64,000 bases of DNA from a virus: positions 17,189 to 81,188 of IMG/VR virus record IMGVR_UViG_3300005613_000035; one strand, given 5' to 3'. This document shows positions 1 through 10,122 of the stretch, in pieces. The notes under the pieces were generated by a model. The model was not told the origin of the DNA. It saw only the letters and a list, made by a program, of their open reading frames with translations, and made no database searches. A program made the translations under genes and the position numbers. The first letter of the stretch is position 1, and each line of letters begins with the position of its first letter.

Positions 1-2
1 AT

Positions 3-200
3 GTATATGAGCTTCCTTGTGAATGGAATTTTATGTCAATGCATAATGAAGGATGGAATCAGAATTCCTCAAGGTTTGATGCATTTATTATACATTATGC
101 AGGGATGGGAAATTTCTATGGAAGGCATATAAATAAAAGTAGGTTTGATTTTATAAAGGAAGACTATTTAGTTCTAAAAAAATATGATTTGCTAATATAA
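3..200 (+). CDS. C-terminal fragment of a GT8-like glycosyltransferase (truncated by window edge)
   Basis: Frame 3 reads VYELPCEWNF...FIIHYAG..., the LPxxWN and IIHYxG motifs of the GT8 C-terminus; stop TAA 198-200. Confidence 0.65.
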   Translation, partial: VYELPCEWNFMSMHNEGWNQNSSRFDAFIIHYAGMGNFYGRHINKSRFDFIKEDYLVLKKYDLLI

Positions 201-212
201 GGAATTAAAATA

Positions 213-869
213 ATGATCAATTTAAATGTGGAGGGAACTTGTGGGGATGCATTTACTGTATGCTTAAAACTGTGGGCTATTGATAATGAAGAGATAAAAA
301 TTTTCCATAAGACTGTACACACACAGTTTTATCCTCAGATTAGGGATATATATGGCCTGAAGAAAAATATAGAGGTAGCGTTTGTAGATAATTTTAATGA
401 TAGAGAAGAGTACCTTGAACTTTCAGGTGTGCCTTATAAAAATAACCCAGACTCTATGGTTTGGTTCCCTGATTTAAAGTTACCGTATGTTTCAATTTTG
501 GATTACCCATATATAGTGATTTGTCCTCATGCTGGTAGAGAGGATGCTATGGCTCGATCAGTACCTATTAAAACAATAGAGTACATGATAGAAGAAGTAT
601 CCCCTATTAAATGTATTCTGCTGGGTACAAATAGTACGTATAAAGGTATAAAGAATTGTGAGAATTTAATTGGTGAAACTAATGTTATTGAGGCAATGTC
701 TATAATAAGTGATTGTAATGGATTCTGTGGTCCTGAAGGGCTTCTTTGTTTTGTTGCATTAAGCCAGCTAATTCCAAGTGTAATATTTTGGGTTAGATGG
801 CAACCTATAGAAGCAAGAGTTATAGGGACTCCCTGGCAAGAGCATATTATAGATTTGATAAAAATATAA
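213..869 (+). CDS. GT9 (heptosyltransferase-like) glycosyltransferase
   Basis: N-terminal GxxGD; YIVICPHAG; NLIGETNVIEAMSII...FCGPEG..VA..IPSV resembles the GT9 C-terminal domain. Confidence 0.7.
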   Translation: MINLNVEGTCGDAFTVCLKLWAIDNEEIKIFHKTVHTQFYPQIRDIYGLKKNIEVAFVDNFNDREEYLELSGVPYKNNPDSMVWFPDLKLPYVSILDYPYIVICPHAGREDAMARSVPIKTIEYMIEEVSPIKCILLGTNSTYKGIKNCENLIGETNVIEAMSIISDCNGFCGPEGLLCFVALSQLIPSVIFWVRWQPIEARVIGTPWQEHIIDLIKI

Positions 870-882
870 TGGGAGAGGATAC

Positions 883-1554
883 ATGAAAGTATTTCCGATG
901 GGAACTGTAGCTGCTGGTGTGAATTATGGTACGATTGATGGAGTACAATGTCCATTTTTTGAGCCTAACTCTAAAGCTTTCAGTCATCCTATTCATTATA
1001 GTTTGCAAACTTTATTTCAGAATCAATCTATACTTACAAGAAAAATAGCTGAGCCAAGTTTATCTATTACATATGAATATACTAACATATATTTTCATGA
1101 GTTTTTACAAATAAAAGAATGTGTGGCAGACGTAGAGGAAGCTGTTGATACGATATATGTAGTGGATTTATCAGCAGGTACTTTACCAGATTCCATGCCT
1201 TCTTGGGTACCTCATATTGGTTGGACCGGATTATATTCTTCTGTTGCAAATATGAAGGCTAACTATATGTTTCTTAATAATAGTACACAATGGAAAATAG
1301 GTGTAGTAAATAGTATTGTTACAAACACATCTATTCAATTAACTGTTACGGATAATTATGGAGATATGACAGAGGCACAAGCGGCAGTAGTAACAGGTAA
1401 TGCAAGGACGCATATTTATCCTATGTATGAATGCTATATAGTTCCAAACTCATTACAGAACTTTTCTGTTACAGGATATTGGAGTAATAAAGATTCAATG
1501 CGTGGCCCAATGTGGAGTGGTTCTATAAGTTTTACATCTAAATATAGAATATAA
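883..1554 (+). CDS. Putative virion protein, possibly distal tail (gpM/Dit-like)
   Basis: Beta-rich S/T-rich protein; ITYEYTNI..EF..I..DTIYVVD pattern recalls Dit/gpM-type proteins; no gpM gene lies after the TMP. Confidence 0.4.
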   Translation: MKVFPMGTVAAGVNYGTIDGVQCPFFEPNSKAFSHPIHYSLQTLFQNQSILTRKIAEPSLSITYEYTNIYFHEFLQIKECVADVEEAVDTIYVVDLSAGTLPDSMPSWVPHIGWTGLYSSVANMKANYMFLNNSTQWKIGVVNSIVTNTSIQLTVTDNYGDMTEAQAAVVTGNARTHIYPMYECYIVPNSLQNFSVTGYWSNKDSMRGPMWSGSISFTSKYRI

Positions 1555-1565
1555 TAGGTGATAGT

Positions 1566-2255
1566 ATGACAATAGCTATAGTATGTAGCGGTGGTAGATC
1601 TGGTACTAATTTAGCTCTTGAATCTTTAAGAGGAAATCCTTATTTTAAAGTATCAAATGTTATAGAAGATAAGTACGTATTTGTTAGAGAGGAAGAGTTA
1701 ATAGATAGATATTTAACAAAGACAGATGTTGTCTACTGTCCTACATACAAGCATTTTAAACAGTTTATGATTAAAAATAGTAATGCCAATATTATATGGA
1801 CTGTTAGACATCCATACGATTGGTGTTTAAGTAAATTGTATAGAGGAAGACCAACAGAAAAAAGTCTTTGGAAATACTCTGCTGATGCTACAATACGTGG
1901 TTGCTTAATGGATATGAGTTGGATGTATTCTCTTTTAAAAGAGTTGGAGAAAGATTATCCATTAAGAATTATTAGAGTTAGAATGGAAGACCTAATTTTA
2001 AATATTGAAACTGAAACCAAAAGAATTTGTAGACGCCTTTGCATTCTTTGGGATAAAGAAATGATGTATCCATATAAAAGAATGAGAAATAAGGATAAGA
2101 AAAAAAGGTATGGAAATAAGTTAGACACGTCTCAAATAGGGTTATATAAAAATGTAGCTACTGTGTATGATGGATATTTTATGGATAAAATGGAAGCTAT
2201 AGATTTAATATTTTCTAAAGTACAACCACTTATAAGAGAATTTAACTATGAGTAG
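1566..2255 (+). CDS. Sulfotransferase-family protein
   Basis: 5'-PSB-like GRSGTNL, 3'-PB-like VRHPYDWCLS, and VRMEDLI motif. Confidence 0.8.
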   Translation: MTIAIVCSGGRSGTNLALESLRGNPYFKVSNVIEDKYVFVREEELIDRYLTKTDVVYCPTYKHFKQFMIKNSNANIIWTVRHPYDWCLSKLYRGRPTEKSLWKYSADATIRGCLMDMSWMYSLLKELEKDYPLRIIRVRMEDLILNIETETKRICRRLCILWDKEMMYPYKRMRNKDKKKRYGNKLDTSQIGLYKNVATVYDGYFMDKMEAIDLIFSKVQPLIREFNYE

Positions 2256-2790
2256 AAAACTAATTGTATCGTTAGATACATATTCTTGGGTCAGGTTTGT
2301 TGCTGGTACAATTATTAGAGATCATATAAATGATTATGAAGTAATAATTGTGCATGAAGATTTAAGACCTATTTTATGGATGAGAAATTTATGTGTGCCG
2401 GCTATAATAGAACAAAGGCGACATGACTTATATCAAGTAGGAACTACATTAAATATTAAAAAAATAAGTAATTTTAAGTATACATATGGTAATGTCCCAA
2501 TAAAAAAACTTATAACAGAGTTACATTTATATATTATTTTAAATTCCATTAGTGAAGTGTATATTCAAAGTCATGATATTTTAAATATAATATTTAAGGA
2601 ACTGCAACTTAAATATAATTTTAAGCTGTTTATATTTGGTAGTAATACAGATGATGTAATAAAGAAAACAATTCTTACGCAAGATGAGTATAAAGAAAAA
2701 ATAGAGTTAAGAAAATTATTGGTAGGAATTCATACAAAAGAAGATAGAGATGTATATACCACTATAGAACGATTTACAGGGGGGAGTTAA
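2248..2790 (+). CDS. Degenerate PIG-L/LmbE-fold-like protein
   Basis: RRHDLYQVGTTLNI and terminal K..L...IERF echo PIG-L deacetylases, but the HPDD catalytic motif is absent. Confidence 0.3.
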   Translation: MSRKLIVSLDTYSWVRFVAGTIIRDHINDYEVIIVHEDLRPILWMRNLCVPAIIEQRRHDLYQVGTTLNIKKISNFKYTYGNVPIKKLITELHLYIILNSISEVYIQSHDILNIIFKELQLKYNFKLFIFGSNTDDVIKKTILTQDEYKEKIELRKLLVGIHTKEDRDVYTTIERFTGGS

Positions 2791-3819
2791 TTGGAATTTA
2801 CACATTTAAACTCGTATTTTAGTATGTTCACTGATGAGGATCTAAAAAAAGAGTATAGTTTTACAAGTGATTTAGATACAGGGGATGCACTTGCTACACC
2901 ATGCTCCGTAACTATTCTAAATTCTAATGGTGTGGATAAATCTGCAACTATGATTGCAAGTGTTACTGTTAATTCTCCTACTATATCCTTTATTGTACAA
3001 GATCCTCCAGTAGCAGACACATATGAAATTAAGATAGCATGTCCTACTGATAATGCCAGAACTCATGTTAAAAAAGTAGTTTGTGATGTGTATAATTCTA
3101 CAGACTTAGTAACCTATATAGCAGGACCTACGTCTAATAGCTATGTTACACTTAAAGAAAGCAATGATTATGTTCGTGAAGTGCGGGGGCATATATCTAC
3201 TTGGGACACACTTAGCAATGCCGGTAAAAAATATTTACTTATAGAAGCAGCAAGGGATATAGATAAATTCAATTTTATTGGTAAGAAATACTATGACAAC
3301 CAAGCATTGGAATTTCCACGTGATGATCATGATAATATTACTGGAAATTGTGCTACACCTATAACTCTTTCAAGTTTTAAAAATACTTCTTTTACATCAG
3401 ATACTTATGGTGCTTATCGTAGTAATACAGATTATTGGGAGTATGGTACAGTGCATATGACTGCTGCAACGGCTCTTGGGGATATTAGAAATATATCTAA
3501 TAGTAATATTACTACAGACGTAATTACCACTACGGAAGATTTTTCTGCTACTCCTACAGAGAACACAACTTTTATAGCTTTTGATCCACTTGATACTAAG
3601 CTGAAGAATGCTCAAGTAATTCAAGCACTCCATATTTTAGATACAGATGGTGGAGGTGCATTGCAGAAGTACCGAAGTGCTGGTGCAAAGAGTGTTCAAA
3701 TAGGGGATGTTGAAGTAGCTTTTTCTGGTACCAGTACAATGTCAAGAGGTGTCTCGTCTAAAGCAAAACAGTTATTAAGTCAATTTATAGAACGCTATCG
3801 TCGTGTTCAAAGAGCTTAA
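2791..3819 (+). CDS. Head-tail connector/adaptor (DnaT-like phage family) with N-terminal beta domain
   Basis: NSYVTL.E...Y...W...K..LIEA..DID...F.G......QALEFPR and the C-terminal S.QIGDV.V.F; start TTG or a downstream ATG. Confidence 0.7.
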   Translation: MEFTHLNSYFSMFTDEDLKKEYSFTSDLDTGDALATPCSVTILNSNGVDKSATMIASVTVNSPTISFIVQDPPVADTYEIKIACPTDNARTHVKKVVCDVYNSTDLVTYIAGPTSNSYVTLKESNDYVREVRGHISTWDTLSNAGKKYLLIEAARDIDKFNFIGKKYYDNQALEFPRDDHDNITGNCATPITLSSFKNTSFTSDTYGAYRSNTDYWEYGTVHMTAATALGDIRNISNSNITTDVITTTEDFSATPTENTTFIAFDPLDTKLKNAQVIQALHILDTDGGGALQKYRSAGAKSVQIGDVEVAFSGTSTMSRGVSSKAKQLLSQFIERYRRVQRA

Positions 3820-3830
3820 GGAATTATTAA

Positions 3831-4001
3831 ATGAAAATAAATCTTGATACTAAAATTTATGATGAGGTTGACATTAAGAAAATGAAGAGGAATTTAAGGG
3901 ACGCATTTAAAGAAAAAGATAGTGATGTTAAGGTACATACACCAATATCTCCAAGTAAAAAAAGAATAAGTAGGAAGAGGAGGGCGTTATGTCATCATTA
4001 G
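3831..4001 (+). CDS. Small basic hypothetical protein (56 aa)
   Basis: ATG 3831 after AAGGA; MKINLDTKIY...RRALCHH; fills the gap between connector genes. Confidence 0.45.
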   Translation: MKINLDTKIYDEVDIKKMKRNLRDAFKEKDSDVKVHTPISPSKKRISRKRRALCHH

Positions 4002-4306
4002 TAGCTGGACTTTTAAACCAGACTATTGACACTATCTATAGTACAAGTAGTAGTGGGTATGGGGATAAGACTGAAACTATTTTGTACACAAATATTCCAT
4101 GCAGATGGCAAGAAATTTCTGTATTAAATGTTGATGCTGCTGGTGAGAAGATAGACTATGAAGTTAAAATATGGTTGCTTCCAGATATAACTATAAATAA
4201 AAATTTCAGAGTATTGAAAGGCTCTAAGAAATATATAGTTGAGGACGTTTCCTATAAATATGATCTTGATGGTAATGCAGACCATATAGAATGTTATTTA
4301 AAGTAG
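3989..4306 (+). CDS. Head closure (stopper) protein
   Basis: ~105 aa with YG.......IPCR pattern; position after the adaptor; SD GGAGG. Confidence 0.7.
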   Translation: MSSLVAGLLNQTIDTIYSTSSSGYGDKTETILYTNIPCRWQEISVLNVDAAGEKIDYEVKIWLLPDITINKNFRVLKGSKKYIVEDVSYKYDLDGNADHIECYLK

Positions 4307-4315
4307 GTTATATAA

Positions 4316-5053
4316 TTGTTAAAACTTGATATAAAATCTAAATATCTATCGGATAAAATAACACCTTCAATATACCAAGACTCAGGTCCTCCTACGTTAT
4401 TGAAAGGTAAGGGCGGTGTTTTTGCTACTAGAATTGAGCAAGCAGGTCTACCTGAAACACAAGAGGTGCTTGGTAAATTTGGGAAAGCAATAAGCATATA
4501 TGCAGCAAGAGCTATATCCCTTGTTACAATTGATTTATTAGCTAATGCACAACCGAGAGTACCTGTTGATACCGGTGAGCTACGTGAGAGCGGTGTAGCT
4601 ACTTTAAAAATGGGTAGAGGTGGTAAAACATATATAGGTATTGGTCATGCAGATGGAACAATAGAAGCAAGATTAGGCAATGTTACTAAAAGTAAGCTTA
4701 AGAATGTTAGAACTTTACGAGCAGAAGTATCATATAGAAGATTGAATGAAGAAGGTGCTGATATTGCGTTATGGGCACATGAAGATTTATTACCCTATTC
4801 GTCTTCCCAACATCCAAGAGCGAGAACTTTAGGTACTGGTCCTAAGTATTTAGAAATACCTTGGATAGAAAAAGCTGCTGAATATATCAGGTTTATAAAT
4901 GATGAAGTTGCAGGATTAACAATGAAACATAATATTGCACTTATATCTAAGATGCAGCAGACAAGGACAGGTAAATATAAAGTGAATTATGTAGATTTAA
5001 ATATAGATAAAATTCAGGTAGAAGGATACTATCCTCCTGGTTGGAAACATTAA
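4316..5053 (+). CDS. Neck/tail-completion protein (HK97 gp10-like)
   Basis: VPVDTGELRESG, AxxxHE and GPKYLE motifs. Confidence 0.8.
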   Translation: MLKLDIKSKYLSDKITPSIYQDSGPPTLLKGKGGVFATRIEQAGLPETQEVLGKFGKAISIYAARAISLVTIDLLANAQPRVPVDTGELRESGVATLKMGRGGKTYIGIGHADGTIEARLGNVTKSKLKNVRTLRAEVSYRRLNEEGADIALWAHEDLLPYSSSQHPRARTLGTGPKYLEIPWIEKAAEYIRFINDEVAGLTMKHNIALISKMQQTRTGKYKVNYVDLNIDKIQVEGYYPPGWKH

Positions 5054-5071
5054 TGAATAGGCGGTAACATA

Positions 5072-5482
5072 ATGGCTAACACGATATGTAATAATGTTGC
5101 ATCATATTTAACTGATCTTGGAGCTACTCATGCTGTATGTTCAGCATTAGGAGATACTTTAACATTTGCAGAGAATTTATTTATAGGTATAAGTCCTGCT
5201 ACTGATATAGATACTATAGCTATATTACCTTATGGTGGGTCACCACCTAATATGGATAATATACGACAGGAAGCATCTATACAAATTAGAACAAAAACGG
5301 ATTCGAGGTATCGCGGGTTAGGTTTACAACAAGAAATTATAAATTTTTTACACACAAAGGAGATAGTTGGGGTAGGAAAAATATTTGCTAAACAAAGTGT
5401 TCCAATATTGTTTGATGTTCTTGAATCTGGAGAGCACACTGTGATGGTCTCAAATTTTGATATAAAATATATAAAAGTGTAG
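5072..5482 (+). CDS. Tail terminator (minor capsid_3-like)
   Basis: NLFIG.SP, YGG.PP, SIQIR, C-terminal VSNF; synteny. Confidence 0.7.
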   Translation: MANTICNNVASYLTDLGATHAVCSALGDTLTFAENLFIGISPATDIDTIAILPYGGSPPNMDNIRQEASIQIRTKTDSRYRGLGLQQEIINFLHTKEIVGVGKIFAKQSVPILFDVLESGEHTVMVSNFDIKYIKV

Positions 5483-5510
5483 AAAGTAAATAAAAAGAGG
5501 ATTAATATTT

Positions 5511-6698
5511 ATGAAAGACTATAATGCATTAATTACAAAAGATGGTAAGCCAATAAAAATTCTAATAGCAAGTAAGCATCAGTGTATCAGATGTATTAGA
5601 ATTGCTGAAGCGTTAAAATCAGTGGGATATGAGGTTGATGCCCTAACGAATAAGATATCCTACGGTACAGAGATATTTGATAAGGTGTATTATTGGGGAA
5701 CAGAACAACAGTTTAAGAATCAAATATATAGTCTAAAAGGCAAACACCAGATTTTAGAATGGGAAAATGAACCGGACACTCCTGTAAGCTGGGCTGCTGA
5801 AATGGCAGATAGAGATAAAACAAAAATCATATATAATGTACATGATGCTGACACAATTCGCCGTGGTTTATCACCTCTTGACGAACGACGAGCGTATATC
5901 AATTCTGACGCTGTAATTTATGTTAGCAAACCAATACAAAAGATTTGTACAGAGTTGCATGAAATAAAAAAACCTACAATAGTATTATACAATTACGGTA
6001 CAAAGAGTATGCTGGAAAATACAAAAGTAGATTGGGATACAGTACAAAATAGACCACAAACATTAGTGTATGAAGGTGGAATAAATCCAATAGGGAATAC
6101 ACCAGACATCCAGCAGATGAACGTAATTTTTAAATATAGAAATTTATTTCCAATATTCCAACAATTAATACAACAAGGCAATGAGGTGCATGCATACGCT
6201 GGGAATAGTGATGCATACGAAACTGGGCAATATACGGGTGTTGTTCTTCACCCGCCTACAAAGTTTGACCAGTTGTTAAAAGAACTTACAAAGTTTAAAT
6301 ATAATTTACTTGTATTTAATAATGAAGATGGAAAGCAAGATCAGGTGAATTATACCACGCCAAACAAACTTTGGGATGCGTTGATTGCTGGAGTGCCATC
6401 AATTGCATGCTGGTGTAAAGAAACCGAAAAGTACGTTAAAAAGCACGATATTGGTTGGTGCTTCACGAGCATCAAGAGTATAGGCAACTGCTCTGGGATA
6501 GATCCTGAGTACATGGAAAAACTGGAGAATGTACGCAGGAAAAGGGAGGAATTAATATTTGAAAATCAGGTTTGTCTGCTTGAAAACTTGTACGCTGAAA
6601 TATTAGGCGTTGAGAAGAAAGATATTCCTCTGAAGTTGCAAAAACAATTAAGGTTTGAATATGGAGATGAAGCGATAGATAAATCCATAAGACCTTAA
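5511..6698 (+). CDS. GT-B (GT4-like) glycosyltransferase
   Basis: NEPD, YNVHD, YVS, LVYEGG, PNKLWDALIAGVP motifs. Confidence 0.8.
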   Translation: MKDYNALITKDGKPIKILIASKHQCIRCIRIAEALKSVGYEVDALTNKISYGTEIFDKVYYWGTEQQFKNQIYSLKGKHQILEWENEPDTPVSWAAEMADRDKTKIIYNVHDADTIRRGLSPLDERRAYINSDAVIYVSKPIQKICTELHEIKKPTIVLYNYGTKSMLENTKVDWDTVQNRPQTLVYEGGINPIGNTPDIQQMNVIFKYRNLFPIFQQLIQQGNEVHAYAGNSDAYETGQYTGVVLHPPTKFDQLLKELTKFKYNLLVFNNEDGKQDQVNYTTPNKLWDALIAGVPSIACWCKETEKYVKKHDIGWCFTSIKSIGNCSGIDPEYMEKLENVRRKREELIFENQVCLLENLYAEILGVEKKDIPLKLQKQLRFEYGDEAIDKSIRP

Positions 6699-6729
6699 TT
6701 TGTATTAGATAGATAGGTGGTGAAAAACT

Positions 6730-7311
6730 ATGAGTAGCAAAGGAACAATAGATAGTGATAACTATACCATCGGGGGTGGCATGCTGTACTATAATGCCAC
6801 AATTGGTGCCCAAGAATGTTTAGCAACTACAACTTTTTGGACTGCACACAATAACCTCGGTAACGTAGTGTCTGCTGAAATCTCACCCGATCTTTCCTAT
6901 GTTGAACACTGGAAATCTAAGAACGGGAAGAGGGTAAAAGATAAAGAGGTGGTAAATACCGCCGCTATTAATATTACGTTTACCTTTGATGAGATGAATC
7001 AGGATAACCTTAGACGCTTTCTGTTTGGTACTAACTCCTCAGCATCTAAATTCACTGTGTTGGATAACACTTTGGAGGAAGGTTGTGGGCAGTTGGTGCT
7101 GGAAACAGCAGTAGGCCAGAACATGATATATAGGTTTCCAAAATGTTCACTAAGACCTGATGGAGCGTTAACCTTAAATCCTGAGTCTTGGCATGAGGGT
7201 TCATTCACCATAAATGTGGTTGAATACATTTCTGGGGATCATACTAATGCCACACTTAATGCAACCTGGTTAACCATGCCTTTTGGTGAGGTTGACACGG
7301 CTGAATTTTAG
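6730..7311 (+). CDS. Major tail tube protein
   Basis: YTIGGG.LY, LGNV, TFDEMN..NL..FL.G, L.PDG.L; upstream of chaperones and TMP. Confidence 0.8.
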   Translation: MSSKGTIDSDNYTIGGGMLYYNATIGAQECLATTTFWTAHNNLGNVVSAEISPDLSYVEHWKSKNGKRVKDKEVVNTAAINITFTFDEMNQDNLRRFLFGTNSSASKFTVLDNTLEEGCGQLVLETAVGQNMIYRFPKCSLRPDGALTLNPESWHEGSFTINVVEYISGDHTNATLNATWLTMPFGEVDTAEF

Positions 7312-7313
7312 TG

Positions 7314-7342
7314 TTGACTCTTTGTAAGTAGTGTGTTATACT
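7314..7342 (+). promoter_or_regulatory. Sigma-70-like promoter
   Basis: TTGACT-17 nt-TATACT with extended TG, directly upstream of the endonuclease gene. Confidence 0.6.
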
Positions 7343-7383
7343 GTAATAATATGGGGGGAAATTATTCCTCCCATATTATACAG
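7341..7383 (+). promoter_or_regulatory. Hairpin abutting the RBS of the endonuclease gene
   Basis: CTGTA-ATAATATGGGGGGAA/TTCCTCCCATATTA-TACAG stem runs into the AGGAG SD. Confidence 0.55.
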
Positions 7384-7393
7384 GAGATTAAAT

Positions 7394-9586
7394 ATGAAGC
7401 ATACAATTGAGTTCATCAGGTCAGAATTTGAGAAGGAAGGGTATCAGCTTTTATCTACAGAATATATAGGAGCACATGATAAGTTAGATTGTATTTGTCC
7501 GGTAGGGCATAAGATTAAGATAACTTGGCACTCGTTTAGAAAGGGGCACAGATGTCCTGAATGTTTTGGTACTAAGAGGTACGATATAGATTTTGTTAGG
7601 CAAGAGTTTGAAAAAGAAGGATACAAGCTTTTAACGAAAGGGTATAAAAACAACAAGCAAAAGATTGAATACATTTGTTCTAATGGTCATAGGAACGAAA
7701 CTACATTTCATGCTTGGTTATTAGGAACAAGATGTCCTGACTGTTATAATTTAGTTAGGGGAGAAAGTCAAAAGTTTGATATTGAATATATACGAGATGC
7801 TTTTAAGAAGGAAGGATATCAGTTATTAACTAAAAAGTATATTGGGTGCAAACAGAAGCTCAATTATATTTGTCCTAATGGCCATAGAAATTCAATGATT
7901 TGGGGTAGCTTTCAACAAGGTCATAGATGTCCTGATTGCTATAATAATACTCGTAAGGGTTTTACAAAAATGGTTACAGAAAGTATTCGAGAAGAATTTA
8001 ATAAAGAAGGATATACCTTATTAACTAAAGAATACAGGAATACAAAACAGAAATTAAGATATATTTGTCCAAATGGCCATGAAAGAACTATTACATATGA
8101 TAGTTGGCGAGCAGGATCAAGATGTAAGCTATGTGTAAATAAAAATGTAAGACATACCATTGAATATGTTAGAGCTGGATTTGAAGAAGCCGGCTATATA
8201 TTGTTAACTAAAGAGTATAAGAACTGCTCACAAAAGTTGGAGTATATATGTACTGAAGGTCATACTAATAGTATGTCTTGGAATGCTTGGAGAAAAGGAG
8301 CGAGATGTCCTGACTGTTATAATTTAGTCCGGCAATATGCAGGAAGACTTACAATAGACTTTGTAAAACAAGAATTTGAGAATGAGGGATACACACTTTT
8401 ATCTACAGAATATAGTGGAGCGCATGATAAATTAAAGGTTTTGTGTCCTGAAGGTCATGAGATAGAACTAAGATATTATTCTTTTAAACAGGGTAATAGA
8501 TGCCCAATATGTTTTAATGAAGTTAGAGGAGCATCTCAAAGATTAAATATTGACTTTATAAAACAGGAGTTTAATAAAGATGGCTATCAGCTATTAACAA
8601 AGGTATATAAAAATAATACAACAAAGTTAAAGTATATTTGTCCTAAAGGACATTATGGAAATATAACTTGGAATGCTTGGAAGAGTGGCTGTAGATGTAA
8701 TAAATGTTGTATTGTTCATTCAAAAGCTGAGAATGAAATATTTGAGTTTGTTAAAGCATATTTTCCAGATGCAATACAGGGCGATAGAACAATAATAAGT
8801 CCATTTGAACTTGATATAGTAATATCTTCAAAGCTGTACGCCATAGAATATTGTGGTTTATTTTGGCATTCTGAGTCTCAGCGTAAAGACAAGAGGTATC
8901 ATCTGAACAAGTTAGAATTATGTAATAATAAGGGTTATAATTTAATTACAATTTTTGAGGATGAATGGCTACACAAAAGAAATATAGTAGAGAGTAGGCT
9001 TAAAGCTATATTAGATGTACAGGATGCTGTACGAATATATGCACGAAAATGTACAATAAAAGAAGTTAGTGCTACTGTTAAGAACGAGTTTTTAAATAAA
9101 TACCATATACAAGGTGCTGACAGCTCAAGCATAAAACTTGGTGCATATTATAACAATGAGTTAGTATCCATAATGACATTCAGTAAGCCATCATTATCTA
9201 AGGGATATAAAAACTATGTTGAAGGTACGTATGAGCTAAGCAGGTTTTGTTCTCATCCAGAATATACAGTATTAGGTATTGCGGGTAAGTTGTTAAAATA
9301 TTTTACCAGAAACTATAACTATACAGAAATATACAGTTACAGTGATAGGAGATGGTCTATAGGTAATCTGTATAACAAGTTAGGGTTTACATTTATACAT
9401 AGTACAAGTCCAAATTATTGGTATGTTGTGGGAGATACAAGAAAGCACAGGTTTTTATTCAGGAAATCTGAGCTTTATAAAAAGTTAGAAGTGTTTGATC
9501 CAGAATTATCAGAGTCACAAAATATGGCTAATGCTGGCATCAACAGAATATTTGATTGTGGTAATCATAAATGGAGTTATACATAA
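7394..9586 (+). CDS. Hef-like putative homing endonuclease: Zn-ribbon repeats + PD-(D/E)XK/Vsr-like nuclease + GNAT-like C-terminal domain
   Basis: About seven ~60-aa EGY.LL...Y......L.YICPxGH...W......RCPxC repeats; SKAE..ELDI..AIEYCGLFWHS; IYARKC, ELSRF, YSDRRWS.G, DCGN; start moved to the ATG after the SD. Confidence 0.8.
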   Translation: MKHTIEFIRSEFEKEGYQLLSTEYIGAHDKLDCICPVGHKIKITWHSFRKGHRCPECFGTKRYDIDFVRQEFEKEGYKLLTKGYKNNKQKIEYICSNGHRNETTFHAWLLGTRCPDCYNLVRGESQKFDIEYIRDAFKKEGYQLLTKKYIGCKQKLNYICPNGHRNSMIWGSFQQGHRCPDCYNNTRKGFTKMVTESIREEFNKEGYTLLTKEYRNTKQKLRYICPNGHERTITYDSWRAGSRCKLCVNKNVRHTIEYVRAGFEEAGYILLTKEYKNCSQKLEYICTEGHTNSMSWNAWRKGARCPDCYNLVRQYAGRLTIDFVKQEFENEGYTLLSTEYSGAHDKLKVLCPEGHEIELRYYSFKQGNRCPICFNEVRGASQRLNIDFIKQEFNKDGYQLLTKVYKNNTTKLKYICPKGHYGNITWNAWKSGCRCNKCCIVHSKAENEIFEFVKAYFPDAIQGDRTIISPFELDIVISSKLYAIEYCGLFWHSESQRKDKRYHLNKLELCNNKGYNLITIFEDEWLHKRNIVESRLKAILDVQDAVRIYARKCTIKEVSATVKNEFLNKYHIQGADSSSIKLGAYYNNELVSIMTFSKPSLSKGYKNYVEGTYELSRFCSHPEYTVLGIAGKLLKYFTRNYNYTEIYSYSDRRWSIGNLYNKLGFTFIHSTSPNYWYVVGDTRKHRFLFRKSELYKKLEVFDPELSESQNMANAGINRIFDCGNHKWSYT

Positions 9587-9587
9587 T

Positions 9588-9950
9588 ATGAAACTTAGAA
9601 TTATGAAGACTGATGGGTTTGAGGATGCTGTAATTTATGAAGCTGCCTGTGCATGCGGGGATAAAAGTCATAATTTAACACTTTGGTTTGAAAAAGACAA
9701 AGCTTATTCTAACATGATCTTCTTAACTGTTTATCAAGATTTAAAATGGTCATCTGATTGGCAGATTGGTGTTATTTTTAGAATATGGAGGAGAATAAAA
9801 GCTGCGTTAAGAATTTTATTTATAGGTTATGTTGAGGTTGATAGTGAATTTATATTTGAAGGAAAAGAGCAGATTGATGATTTCATAGCTGCATTGCAGG
9901 AAGGTAAAAAAGAAATAGGGGGGAGTAAGTATGGAGAAAGTGGCGTGTAA
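9588..9950 (+). CDS. Hypothetical protein
   Basis: ATG immediately after the previous stop; CACG...H and W.RIKAA pattern. Confidence 0.6.
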   Translation: MKLRIMKTDGFEDAVIYEAACACGDKSHNLTLWFEKDKAYSNMIFLTVYQDLKWSSDWQIGVIFRIWRRIKAALRILFIGYVEVDSEFIFEGKEQIDDFIAALQEGKKEIGGSKYGESGV

Positions 9951-10122
9951 GAATTGTAAATGTATGGGTATTCCAGGTACAAAGTGTAGGTGTTGTAGTA
10001 ATAAAATACCCGATTTAGCGGTTGAAGAGAATACGTATTTAAAAGAGGAAGAAATAGTAGAGGAAGAAATAGTAGAGGAAGAAGTGTTGGAAGAAGAGAA
10101 AGATAACATATATTTCAAATAA
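9931..10122 (+). CDS. Small Cys-rich protein with acidic tail
   Basis: Two CxxC-type clusters; EEEIV repeats from a 15-nt tandem repeat. Confidence 0.55.
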   Translation: MEKVACKNCKCMGIPGTKCRCCSNKIPDLAVEENTYLKEEEIVEEEIVEEEVLEEEKDNIYFK

